64,000 nt of DNA, taken from positions 1 through 64,000 of the IMG/VR virus record IMGVR_UViG_3300029969_000013; one strand, 5' to 3'. Numbering within the stretch: the first letter of the stretch is position 1; each line of letters begins with the position of its first letter. The DNA comes from a virus (lineage: Duplodnaviria; Caudoviricetes). The notes under the pieces were generated by a model that saw only the letters and a list, made by a program, of their open reading frames with translations, ran no database searches and was not told where the DNA came from. This document shows, in pieces, positions 50,058 to 59,515 of this stretch. The translations under genes were made by a program, and so were the position numbers.

Positions 50058-50297
50058 ATGAAACGATTTATCAAATGCTCTGCTAATACGTGTAAAGCTA
50101 CAGGTCGTACTTGGTCTGAATTTATCCGAAATATAAAATCTGCTTTAGGATATGAAGTAGATTCTGCATATCGTAGATCACCTGATCAGTTCATATTGAT
50201 GTATTTAGATGGTGCAGAATATGAAGGTGAAGTAACTAGATATTCAGACGGCACATATGAATTGGTATGTGATAACATATATCCAGCTAGGATGTAA
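50058..50297 (+). CDS. Leader-bearing small protein (MKRFIKCSA)
   Basis: GAGGTG SD. Confidence 0.7.
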   Translation: MKRFIKCSANTCKATGRTWSEFIRNIKSALGYEVDSAYRRSPDQFILMYLDGAEYEGEVTRYSDGTYELVCDNIYPARM

Positions 50298-50312
50298 CTA
50301 AAGGAGATAGGC

Positions 50313-50804
50313 ATGAAGTTCAATGTTGATACTAGTATAGGTAAGAAAGCAGAGGCTAAAATAAAGGAATGGTTAGATAAGCCTGAAGAAGGATATTGCT
50401 TCGACAGAATACCTGACCAGATGACTGGATTTTATGGTTCTAAAAACATATGTGATTTCACATTATTCAAGTCACCTAACATGTACTACATTGAATCTAA
50501 AGCTACATGGGAAGATAGATTCGACTTCTCTATGCTAACGCCTACTCAACATGATGGGTTGCTAAAGAAGTCGAAAATTCCTAATGTATATGGAGTAGTG
50601 ATTGTGTTATTTGCACATCATCAACGTGCATTTATAATTGATATAAATGAAATCAAGCGTCTTGAAGATTCAGGGAATAAGTCTATCAATATCAAGAAGA
50701 TTGACAATTGGGGCATTACATATACAGAGGTTCAGACAATACCAAATAGTCGTAAAACATTTCTTGATTATACTGGAGAGTTTGCTGTAAAACCAAGTCC
50801 TTAA
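50313..50804 (+). CDS. recU: RecU-like Holliday junction resolvase
   Basis: PD-(D/E)XK motif CDF..YYIESKAT, FDFSMLTPTQ. Confidence 0.75.
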   Translation: MKFNVDTSIGKKAEAKIKEWLDKPEEGYCFDRIPDQMTGFYGSKNICDFTLFKSPNMYYIESKATWEDRFDFSMLTPTQHDGLLKKSKIPNVYGVVIVLFAHHQRAFIIDINEIKRLEDSGNKSINIKKIDNWGITYTEVQTIPNSRKTFLDYTGEFAVKPSP

Positions 50805-50873
50805 ATTGCGAATCGTTATATAATGTAACATCATAACAATCAAATATATGTTATGAAGACTGGAGGTTACATT

Positions 50874-51479
50874 ATGAAAGAGAACAAATTACACTATGCA
50901 GCATTTGGAGAGCTTGAGAATGCATTCTACAATGAGCACTATAATCTTGAAATAAGCGAAAATGGTGATCTTGAAGCAACAGCTTTTGAAGATGCAGATA
51001 TGATGCCTAAAATCGCTATTCATAAATCTGAAGTTGATGGTAATTATTACTACTCAGCTGCACTATCGTTTCCTTTACTCGATAGCACAGAAATGGAATT
51101 CTATGACAGTATTGCGTACTGGATGAAGCGTTGGAGTGATATTGGTCATATCATAACTATGCTGGATCAGTTTGTATATAATCCATCTTTGTATGAAGAC
51201 GAAGAAGAAAATGCAGAAGATTCGGCAGATGATTGTGGTATTCAATCTGTAATAGAGTTTATCAATTCTGATAACTTTGACATTGGTTGGTTCGTATGTG
51301 ATATGTACAATGGTAATGCTAGCTCAACTGGAGATGCATTTAGACAGCTTATAGTAGAATCGGCTATCAAATATCTCAATGATGCTTGCAGCGGAAATAA
51401 TGGACTATGTCATGATGCTATAAATAGTACAGAAGTTCATAAGACGCTTTGGGACATGACCGAAGGTTATAAAGTATAA
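50874..51479 (+). CDS. Acidic hypothetical protein
   Basis: GGAGGT SD, class B promoter motif upstream. Confidence 0.7.
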   Translation: MKENKLHYAAFGELENAFYNEHYNLEISENGDLEATAFEDADMMPKIAIHKSEVDGNYYYSAALSFPLLDSTEMEFYDSIAYWMKRWSDIGHIITMLDQFVYNPSLYEDEEENAEDSADDCGIQSVIEFINSDNFDIGWFVCDMYNGNASSTGDAFRQLIVESAIKYLNDACSGNNGLCHDAINSTEVHKTLWDMTEGYKV

Positions 51480-51503
51480 ATTTTATACAAACAATCGTTA
51501 AAT

Positions 51504-51540
51504 AGTATGCACGTCTATCTGATGTGCATACTTTATTTTT
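51504..51540 (+). terminator. Rho-independent terminator
   Basis: AGTATGCAC...GTGCATACT followed by T-run. Confidence 0.7.
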
Positions 51541-51645
51541 AAGAGGTTTGATGCTATGAAGAACTATATAGTTGGTGCAGTTGTAGCGACTGTAAAATGT
51601 GATTCGTTATATAATATGTAACAAATTACAACGGAGGTATTTAAT

Positions 51646-52551
51646 ATGTATAATCTTGATGTTATATCAAAAGGAGAATTTCGTTTCTGGTTCAAGCGAA
51701 GAGGTATATCCTGCGTATGGGATGTTTTTGAAATGACTAAAAATATCAATGATGCAGATGCTGTACCGCTTACAACATACTATGAAGAGAGTGATCTAAT
51801 TGATCTAATTGATGATTTTGAAACTGAAGATTCTAACATCTTTGATGAAATTCGTAAAGAGTTCAATATGTTCCGAGAACAGAGACCTGAATATGGTGTC
51901 GGCATTCCTATTGATGTTCGTCTTATTTCTGATTGCGAATGTTCTGATGAGCTGCTTGAAGAACGACAGTATGTTTTTGAAAAGTTGCTTACTGCGGTAA
52001 TTGCTATGCAAGAAACAGGCGACCGTGGTATTGATTATGCACGTAGATGTATTAATTGGCTGAGAAATGGAGATTTTTATACAGCTCCTGCGTCTACAAG
52101 ATTCCATGAAGCTGAACCTGGCGGTCTTCTTAAACATACACTTAAAGTTGTAAATGCTATTTATCAGATCAGCGTTGTAGACTCTTTCAGCGAAGTGAAG
52201 TTACATGAAGCAGTACTGGTAGCTCTTGCACATGATTGGTGTAAGATTGGAACATACGAAATGTACATGAGAAATGTTAAAGATGATGCTACTGGAGTGT
52301 GGAACAAAGTCCCTTCATACAGGAAAGTTGAGTCCCCTATTCCATTTGGTCATGGTACATCATCTATGTATACTGTACAGAAATTCGTTCATCTGACCAT
52401 GGAACAAGCGTTAGCAATCAGATGGCATATGGGTAGGTGGTATGTATCTGATTCTGAAATTAATGAACTTCAGCATTCAAATGAAATCTATCCACTTGTC
52501 CATATGATTCAGTTTGCCGATCAGCTTGCAATCACATCTTATTTTCACTAA
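51646..52551 (+). CDS. HD-domain phosphohydrolase with N-terminal extension
   Basis: APASTRFH..GGLLKHT, LAHDWCK, IRWHMG, QFADQ. Confidence 0.85.
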   Translation: MYNLDVISKGEFRFWFKRRGISCVWDVFEMTKNINDADAVPLTTYYEESDLIDLIDDFETEDSNIFDEIRKEFNMFREQRPEYGVGIPIDVRLISDCECSDELLEERQYVFEKLLTAVIAMQETGDRGIDYARRCINWLRNGDFYTAPASTRFHEAEPGGLLKHTLKVVNAIYQISVVDSFSEVKLHEAVLVALAHDWCKIGTYEMYMRNVKDDATGVWNKVPSYRKVESPIPFGHGTSSMYTVQKFVHLTMEQALAIRWHMGRWYVSDSEINELQHSNEIYPLVHMIQFADQLAITSYFH

Positions 52552-52576
52552 AATATTAAACATATTATGATAATAC

Positions 52577-52605
52577 AGTAGGCGTTCAAACTGGACGCCT
52601 ATTTT
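52577..52605 (+). terminator. Rho-independent terminator
   Basis: TAGGCGTTC...GGACGCCTA followed by T-run. Confidence 0.7.
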
Positions 52606-52648
52606 GTATAACCTTTAATATCATAGAACATATATTAGGAGGTATACT

Positions 52649-53302
52649 ATGGGTTACATTCCGACTACTATAAAACAGTATGCAAACGAAGACATAAATG
52701 CTGCACTGAAAGCAGTATCAAACAACATGAAGTTATCATCAATGTCATTTGATAAGGACGGCGTAGATAAAAATAGCGATGAATATACTGTGTATGCAAC
52801 AGCTATTATTGCATGTCCAGATCTCAAATTACAATTTGAGTTCATAATGGAATATGTAGTAACATCAGACGGTTCTGTATATGCAAGTGGTACAGTTGAT
52901 GAGTTTGCTGATTCACTTGAAGATAGATATGCTGCTTGCGAATCTGGTGAAGATGGTGAACCTATCACCGCATCTACTAGAGTCAAGCGACAACCTATCA
53001 TGGCAGCAGAAGACGAAGATGAATTCATAGACACTGTAGATGATCTTTCAGATAGTGTAGATGATATACAAGATACGCTTGATGAGATTGACGGAACAGA
53101 AATCGAAGAAGATGAAGTTGATATTGAGGTTGATAACAATATCGCCAATCATTACATTGCAGAATGTGATACGTGTCATGGGCTTTTCATTTCAGCGTTG
53201 ATTGAATCAGATCAAGAAGTTGAAAAGGTATCTGGTGTCTGCCCACTCTGTAATAAAGATACAGATCAATATCTAAAATTTATCGTGCGTCCTATTGAGT
53301 AG
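52649..53302 (+). CDS. Two-module protein: internal PITAS/RQPIMAA motif, acidic linker, C-terminal Zn ribbon
   Basis: CDTC and CPLC pairs; preceded by the class A promoter motif. Confidence 0.7.
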   Translation: MGYIPTTIKQYANEDINAALKAVSNNMKLSSMSFDKDGVDKNSDEYTVYATAIIACPDLKLQFEFIMEYVVTSDGSVYASGTVDEFADSLEDRYAACESGEDGEPITASTRVKRQPIMAAEDEDEFIDTVDDLSDSVDDIQDTLDEIDGTEIEEDEVDIEVDNNIANHYIAECDTCHGLFISALIESDQEVEKVSGVCPLCNKDTDQYLKFIVRPIE

Positions 53303-53317
53303 AGGGAGGTGTGGTAA

Positions 53318-53785
53318 ATGGATTGGAGTTCTATATTTGTTGCGAGTTTACCAGTAATATCGGCTGTGCTCGTAGCAGTTCTAAATAATTGGGAAAAGAT
53401 CAACCCAAGTAAACGTAAAATAAATGAAATGTATAAACTTGTATCCGATCTTAAATCGGAATTACAGTCGAACAGTCAACAGTTTGATGAGTTATCTAAA
53501 CAAGTAAGATCTGTATCGTCTGCACAACGTATAAGTTTGCAAACTAGAATCCTTGAATACTGTAAAAAGATTCAAAATTCTATAGATGACGGAGAGATAG
53601 ATTACCGTGAAGATTTGAAGCAGCTTATCATATTATATAGGGAATATTATCTATGTGGGTACAACAGCCAAGGTAGATTATACTTCAATGATACTATTCA
53701 AAAAGCAACAGACGATAACAATACGCTTGTTCATGAGCTTATGACTACATATTTTTCAGAATACGACCCAGATGCACATATTTAA
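53318..53785 (+). CDS. Membrane-anchored coiled-coil protein (holin-associated type)
   Basis: N-terminal hydrophobic helix followed by a coiled coil; adjacent to the holin candidate. Confidence 0.5.
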   Translation: MDWSSIFVASLPVISAVLVAVLNNWEKINPSKRKINEMYKLVSDLKSELQSNSQQFDELSKQVRSVSSAQRISLQTRILEYCKKIQNSIDDGEIDYREDLKQLIILYREYYLCGYNSQGRLYFNDTIQKATDDNNTLVHELMTTYFSEYDPDAHI

Positions 53786-53797
53786 GGAGGAGTAATT

Positions 53798-54181
53798 ATG
53801 TGGAATCAAATATTATCAGCAGTGTTAGGTATCGCAATAACAGCACTTGGTACAGTAATTACTACAGTGTTGTTACCGGCATCATGTAATTGGCTGAAAG
53901 CTAAAACACATAGCCAGCATTTACAATCCGTTATTGATGATATAACATTTACAGTTCAGTCTAGTGTAGATATGCTGGAACAGACAGTTGTAAAGCAGCT
54001 TAAGGAAGAAAAATCCTGGAATGCAACATCTCAAGCACAAGTTCTAGAAACAGCTGTAACTGAAATAGTGACGAATTTATCAAATCAGACATTTGACATA
54101 TTGAAAGCAGAAGGTTATAATATTGAAACTTTGGTAAAGCGTCACATTGAAGCATATATTCAATCTAAGAAAATAATTTAG
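53798..54181 (+). CDS. Putative holin (LL-H-like)
   Basis: Single N-terminal TM helix; EQTVVKQLK..AQVLETAV pattern. Confidence 0.6.
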   Translation: MWNQILSAVLGIAITALGTVITTVLLPASCNWLKAKTHSQHLQSVIDDITFTVQSSVDMLEQTVVKQLKEEKSWNATSQAQVLETAVTEIVTNLSNQTFDILKAEGYNIETLVKRHIEAYIQSKKII

Positions 54182-54191
54182 AGGTGATTTC

Positions 54192-55589
54192 ATGCGAATA
54201 ATCAGATCGAATCGCAATATTAATGCTGCATCTATGCCGCCTACTCCTTATGATATTGGACCTGAAGATCCTAAGGAGTATAGCAAGCTCGATGAGTTTG
54301 ATTCTGAATTAGAGCTGTACTTTGATGAGCCTATAACTATTGATGAGGATGGTTATGTTGAGCTTACAGGTACAGAGTATATGCTCAATCCTGCACCAGA
54401 CCGAATGGGCATGTATCTTGACTATGATTACAATGTTGAGATAGCAGATGCCGATGACATATATGATCGACTTGGCGATGAATTAAATGCTATAGGCATA
54501 GGTTCTAAATATGCACCTGGAACATACAAAGTGACTGGTATTATCAATCTAGTTTCTTCTGTTAGCGGCATAGAATATGATGACGAATATTCTGGTGTTG
54601 ATGAAGACGGTGATCCAATTGTAGATAGGTCTTATTATAAAGATGATTCAGACTACACTATCAAATCATTTATAGTATCTGATGTAAAAGTATCTGGTGC
54701 TACTATAAACAGCTCTACAACTGTAGTAGGATACGATGGCATTGATGAAGATAGCTGGAAGTATCTCCGTAGTAAGCAGGTAATAGACTCAGACGGTATG
54801 CTGACTGATTACACATTGTACAAAAATGCAGATGGTACACAGTTTATATGCATGTTTGGTGATAATGATTTGTATGAACCTGATCCTGATTATGCAGACT
54901 GGGAAGGTAGCTCCGAGGAGGAAGCTATTGAATGGTTTGACAATTACAGCAGCGGTTATGATGAATACGATGATATCTATGGTGCAGAGTCTGCAGATGA
55001 ATCTGATGCATATGATGAAATCAAAGAAATAGGCCAGGAGTTTACATCTGAAAATACATCCATTAACAGCGGTAGACTTCCAGCAGTGTTCAACATGGTA
55101 AATTTTGAACCTAGTACAGTCAACCTCGACTACGGCGGTGGTAAGTTTGACAATGTTGCAGAGTATCTTACACAGTATGATGTTATCAATCTTGTATATG
55201 ATCCGTACAACAGAACTGCAGAGCATAACAAAGAAGTCATTGGACTTATTCGTGAACATGGTGGAGCAGATACAGCTACATGTTCTAATGTGCTGAATGT
55301 TATCAAAGAACCGGAAGTTCGTTTGAATGTTCTTCAGAATATCAAGAAGCTTGTAAGACCTGGTGGTACTGTTTACATTACAGTATATGAGGGTAAAGGT
55401 AATGCAGCTGAAGGTCCTACAAAGTCTGGCTATCAACTTAACAGAAAGACAGCCGATTACATGGAAGAAATCCAGCAAGTATTTCCTGATGCAAGACGTA
55501 AGGGTAAACTTATCATTGCTACTAACAGTGGTGCTGTTACAAGCTCTACAGATTATGAGGATGATGACATCGAACTTATCACGCTGTAA
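54192..55589 (+). CDS. Leader-bearing multidomain acidic protein with C-terminal class I SAM methyltransferase domain
   Basis: NLDYGGGKFD (motif I), YDPYN, CSNVLNVI, VRPGGTVYITVYEG. Confidence 0.8.
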   Translation: MRIIRSNRNINAASMPPTPYDIGPEDPKEYSKLDEFDSELELYFDEPITIDEDGYVELTGTEYMLNPAPDRMGMYLDYDYNVEIADADDIYDRLGDELNAIGIGSKYAPGTYKVTGIINLVSSVSGIEYDDEYSGVDEDGDPIVDRSYYKDDSDYTIKSFIVSDVKVSGATINSSTTVVGYDGIDEDSWKYLRSKQVIDSDGMLTDYTLYKNADGTQFICMFGDNDLYEPDPDYADWEGSSEEEAIEWFDNYSSGYDEYDDIYGAESADESDAYDEIKEIGQEFTSENTSINSGRLPAVFNMVNFEPSTVNLDYGGGKFDNVAEYLTQYDVINLVYDPYNRTAEHNKEVIGLIREHGGADTATCSNVLNVIKEPEVRLNVLQNIKKLVRPGGTVYITVYEGKGNAAEGPTKSGYQLNRKTADYMEEIQQVFPDARRKGKLIIATNSGAVTSSTDYEDDDIELITL

Positions 55590-55615
55590 CATCGGTTGAT
55601 AATTTATGAATCGTT

Positions 55616-55658
55616 ATAGACTACATAGTCAAACATACTTGGCTATGTAGTCTATTTT
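55616..55658 (+). terminator. Rho-independent terminator overlapping a class B promoter motif
   Basis: ATAGACTACATAGTCAA...TTGGCTATGTAGTCTAT followed by T-run. Confidence 0.7.
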
Positions 55659-55690
55659 ATTATTCAAGTTAAATATTGGAGGTTATGATA

Positions 55691-55888
55691 ATGGCAAAGA
55701 ATCCTGCTCAAGAGAGAATCACACATAATTTCATATCAGATGGTAGCCCTTATGATAAGTGCAAGAAATGTATACATTTCACAAGAGAGGGAGGTTATCA
55801 GCATTGTAAAAAGTTCGACAGATTTGTTCCGACAATTGGGTTCACGTGTTATAAGTTCAACCCTAATCAGACAGGAGGAGATATTTAA
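55691..55888 (+). CDS. Small Cys-containing protein
   Basis: CKKC..HC..TC; GGAGG SD. Confidence 0.6.
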   Translation: MAKNPAQERITHNFISDGSPYDKCKKCIHFTREGGYQHCKKFDRFVPTIGFTCYKFNPNQTGGDI

Positions 55889-57516
55889 TGGCACTTAATC
55901 CGGAACAGCAACTGGCAGTGGATTCTAATGCTAATAAAATATTAGTATTAGCTGGCGCAGGTACAGGTAAGACACATACTATGATTGCTAGAATATCTAG
56001 ATTAGTTGAAGATGGTGTAGATGTATCTAATATATTAGTGTTGACATTTACCAATGCAGCTGCACGAGAAATGAAAGAGCGTTATACAAAATTACACCCA
56101 GGTGAGATATCTCCTAAGTTTTGCACATTCCATGCATTTTGCTATTCTCTTATAGTAAGAGATACTATAGTTAGATCTATGATTGGATACACAACTGTTC
56201 CAAGTATTCCATCTGATTCTGATATCCGTAGATTAGAAACTATGTGCAAGAAACAATGCGGCGTAAAGCTTTCAGATGATAAACTTAAAGGGAAATGCCC
56301 ACTCACTAAAAATGAGAAATTTGTATACGATATATACTGGAAGCAATATAATAAGTTGATGAAGATGGAAGGGTACATAACATTTGACATTATGTGCGAG
56401 AGTATTTGTAAGCTGTTTTATGATAATGCACCTTGTATACAGCTGTATAAACATTTATACAAATATATCTTTGTTGATGAGTTTCAAGATACTGACCCTC
56501 GTCAGTGGAAATTTGTAAAATCGTTCACAGATTCTAATCTGTTTGTAGTAGGTGATGCTAAACAAGCTATATATTCGTTCAGAGGTGCTGATAGCGAAAT
56601 AATTAAATCACTTGCTGAAGACGATGACTGGAATACAATTAGGTTATCTCACAATTATAGGTCTGCTAAGTGTATATGTGATTATGCTAATACTATTCAC
56701 AGAAGCTGGCAAGGTGCTGCATATAACTTGCAAATAGAATCGGATAAACAAGATGGTGATGTGTCGATTGTAGGTGAATTTTGCTTTACAGGTAAGGATG
56801 CAGTTTCGCAGATATTCTCTATTCTTGAAAATCAGAATGCTACAGACACATATGCAATACTCTGTAGATCTAACAATGAAGTTTCACAAGTTAAAGAATT
56901 GCTGAAAAGTATAAATATGCCGTTTCGCACTAACAAACGCGAAAAAGATGCAGAAGGTATACTGAAATGTGCAGCAGATAGTGCATATATGGTTAGCTGG
57001 TTAGCTGATAAGTTATCTTCTACTGAATACAATAACTATATTCGCTTATGTGCAGTTGATCCTTATTATGAAACAGAGGAAGGTTTCTTATCTGAATATG
57101 AATCACGTGTAGCTAAATATACATCTGATATATTTACAGTAAGAGCTATGTTACTTTCAGATGTATTAGCTCAACAGAAATGTATAGACATCGGTAAAGT
57201 ATTACATGTGCCTATGGCGGTTGTAAATCTTAGAGATGATTCAAATGAAGCTGTAATTGAATACTTATTAGCTGCTATTGAATCGTCTAAGGTTGAAACA
57301 AACTTATACGTAGGTACTATCCATTCTGTAAAAGGTTTGGAGTTTGATATTGTACACCTCTTAGGTGTTAATGGAAGATGGTTTCCTGTGAATAAAAATG
57401 ATGAACAGCGAAATGTATACTATGTAGGATGCACACGTGCAAAAAGCAAGTTAGTAATCTGGGAATCTGAACCGGCATTCGATGACAGCTATTCATATGA
57501 AACGGAGGGCTTCTAA
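55888..57516 (+). CDS. UvrD/PcrA/Rep-family SF1 helicase
   Basis: LAGAGTGKT, LTFTNAAA, VDEFQD, VGDAKQAIYSFRGA, NYRS, TIHSVKGLEF, YVGCTRAK. Confidence 0.95.
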   Translation: MALNPEQQLAVDSNANKILVLAGAGTGKTHTMIARISRLVEDGVDVSNILVLTFTNAAAREMKERYTKLHPGEISPKFCTFHAFCYSLIVRDTIVRSMIGYTTVPSIPSDSDIRRLETMCKKQCGVKLSDDKLKGKCPLTKNEKFVYDIYWKQYNKLMKMEGYITFDIMCESICKLFYDNAPCIQLYKHLYKYIFVDEFQDTDPRQWKFVKSFTDSNLFVVGDAKQAIYSFRGADSEIIKSLAEDDDWNTIRLSHNYRSAKCICDYANTIHRSWQGAAYNLQIESDKQDGDVSIVGEFCFTGKDAVSQIFSILENQNATDTYAILCRSNNEVSQVKELLKSINMPFRTNKREKDAEGILKCAADSAYMVSWLADKLSSTEYNNYIRLCAVDPYYETEEGFLSEYESRVAKYTSDIFTVRAMLLSDVLAQQKCIDIGKVLHVPMAVVNLRDDSNEAVIEYLLAAIESSKVETNLYVGTIHSVKGLEFDIVHLLGVNGRWFPVNKNDEQRNVYYVGCTRAKSKLVIWESEPAFDDSYSYETEGF

Positions 57517-57517
57517 G

Positions 57518-57877
57518 ATGTTGTTTGACGTGCCTAATTGTTCAGCTGCTATGATAAATAATACAGAACAGTTGTTGAAATCTATAGCATGGCATTTATC
57601 AGCTAAACGCGGTTGTAGAGGAAAAGTCTACACTGTTATCATTGATGACGATAAAGTCATATTCAACATTGATATTGAATTACAATCACATTCATCTAAG
57701 GTTCAAAAAACACCTGTAATACAGCATATATTCTTATATCATTTTCCGTTGATAATGGCGTATACACAGGACATTAACAATACCTGTAATATTAAACCAG
57801 ACGTTTTAATACCTGGTAAATACGAATATAGACCCTTTGCATCTGGTAAGTATCGTAGATGGTTTAGAATTAATTAG
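57518..57877 (+). CDS. Hypothetical protein
   Basis: GGAGG SD. Confidence 0.6.
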   Translation: MLFDVPNCSAAMINNTEQLLKSIAWHLSAKRGCRGKVYTVIIDDDKVIFNIDIELQSHSSKVQKTPVIQHIFLYHFPLIMAYTQDINNTCNIKPDVLIPGKYEYRPFASGKYRRWFRIN

Positions 57878-57891
57878 ATAAGGAGATCAAT

Positions 57892-58212
57892 ATGATATTA
57901 ATTGGTACTGTTAAATGCTTGTCAGATGATGCAATCATGTGGTTCCGTTATTCACCTAAATGTGATGATACTTCGGAATACTTTTCAGCGATAGTTTATC
58001 CTAAACTATATCCAACATACGAATCAGCTGTTAGCGGTAATGAAGATTACTTGTATGGATTCAACACATGTAAACATAATTTAGAGGATGTAGTGTTATA
58101 TCCATGCTGCACACCTGAACTTCAAGCATATGAATTTATTCCTACATCTAGAGATGTCAAAGCTTGCAGATGTCCTGAATGTATGATGATACAGCTTGGA
58201 TATTACTCATAA
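57892..58212 (+). CDS. Hypothetical protein
   Basis: AAGGAG SD. Confidence 0.6.
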   Translation: MILIGTVKCLSDDAIMWFRYSPKCDDTSEYFSAIVYPKLYPTYESAVSGNEDYLYGFNTCKHNLEDVVLYPCCTPELQAYEFIPTSRDVKACRCPECMMIQLGYYS

Positions 58213-58224
58213 GGAGGTAACATA

Positions 58225-58887
58225 ATGAGCAAAGTAAAAGTAGGAGGCATCTATAAACATTTCAAAGGAAATTTTTATAGAGTGCTGTCAATTGCAAAAC
58301 ATTCTGAAACAGGAGAAGACGTTGTAGTATATAAGCCATTACTTGGTTATGTAACTTATGTGCGACCTTTGAGTATGTTTATGTCTAACGTAGATTCGTC
58401 TAAATATCCTGAAGCTATACAAAGATCACGATTTCAATATTGCCGTTGTTCTTATGAAGATTATATGGATATACTGTATGATTCGCTTTCTGAATCTGAC
58501 CTCAATAAGTATAAGATAGGTGAGCAGATAAATTATAAATATGTAGAATGCGATGAGCCTGTGTGCGACTTAAAATACAAATACAGTATAGATGATAAAG
58601 AATTTATTGAATTTGCAATGTTCTATAGTGAATATAATTATTCATGGTTGTGCACATCACACAATCCGCTAAGTTTATATCAAGTTCCACTGTCTATTCG
58701 CGTAATTGATTGTCTTAAACGCCGAAATATCAATACACTTCATGATTTGTTAGATGCTGGGTTAGATAAGATAGCTGGATTGAAAGGTGTAGGTATTTCA
58801 ACACTTCGAGAAATAAAACAAGTTATAGAATTGTGTGGAGATAATGCAAATATAATATTGGAAAGGAAGCTACACAATAAAGAATGA
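58225..58887 (+). CDS. DUF1653 domain fused to an RNA polymerase alpha-CTD-like domain
   Basis: GGIYKHFKGNFY..AKHSET..YVRPLSMF; LSIRVIDCLKRRNINTLHDL..LKGVGISTLREIK. Confidence 0.75.
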   Translation: MSKVKVGGIYKHFKGNFYRVLSIAKHSETGEDVVVYKPLLGYVTYVRPLSMFMSNVDSSKYPEAIQRSRFQYCRCSYEDYMDILYDSLSESDLNKYKIGEQINYKYVECDEPVCDLKYKYSIDDKEFIEFAMFYSEYNYSWLCTSHNPLSLYQVPLSIRVIDCLKRRNINTLHDLLDAGLDKIAGLKGVGISTLREIKQVIELCGDNANIILERKLHNKE

Positions 58888-59453
58888 GCAAACAGAGTTG
58901 TAAAATAGATGGTATGCTTCTTGCTACATTGCTCACAACATTGTTCTACTCTGCTACATATCCATATATTCATAAAGAGATAGTATCAAATGTATCTGAT
59001 TCTATCATAGCACTTAATCAAATAATCAATTGCATCTCTATTATAGTATATGGGCGTGTATGGAACAAAAAATCGGATAGATTATTCAAATTCTATCCGA
59101 TGTTTTGCATACTCGAAACTATACTTAGTATAGGATCAGCAATATGGGCAATAATGTCAGGTGATATTGTAGCATATTACATTGTAGATACATTGATATT
59201 CGCTATTGTTACTCGTAACATATGTTGTGGAGGGGTTAAGTTAAGAGCAATTCGTTATAGAACAGAGAAGGAAAGAGAGCATTTTGATAACAATAATAAT
59301 TCAATGTCTGCTATAGCTACTATCATAGGTTCGTTCATAGCAATGATACTTGAATTAGATTTCAATATGATGCTCATCCTAGCAACTATTGGAAACTCAA
59401 TAGATAATATATTTTACATATGTATATTCTATAATCAGAAGAAATGGAGCTAG
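58884..59453 (+). CDS. Multi-pass membrane protein
   Basis: About 5-6 hydrophobic segments. Confidence 0.6.
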   Translation: MSKQSCKIDGMLLATLLTTLFYSATYPYIHKEIVSNVSDSIIALNQIINCISIIVYGRVWNKKSDRLFKFYPMFCILETILSIGSAIWAIMSGDIVAYYIVDTLIFAIVTRNICCGGVKLRAIRYRTEKEREHFDNNNNSMSAIATIIGSFIAMILELDFNMMLILATIGNSIDNIFYICIFYNQKKWS

Positions 59454-59515
59454 TAATACATGAATCGTTATTATATACATACATCAATAAGTATAAATAA
59501 TATCAGGAGGTATAC

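Noticed and set aside
51556-51621. 21-aa ORF with an AGAGGT SD (MKNYIVGAVVATVKCDSLYNM)
   Set aside because: Too short to support; it overlaps the class B motif at 51602 and may be chance
54789-55592. 267-aa minus-strand ORF
   Set aside because: Lies antisense to the methyltransferase gene, has no recognisable motifs, and runs against the uniform + strand organisation; a shadow ORF
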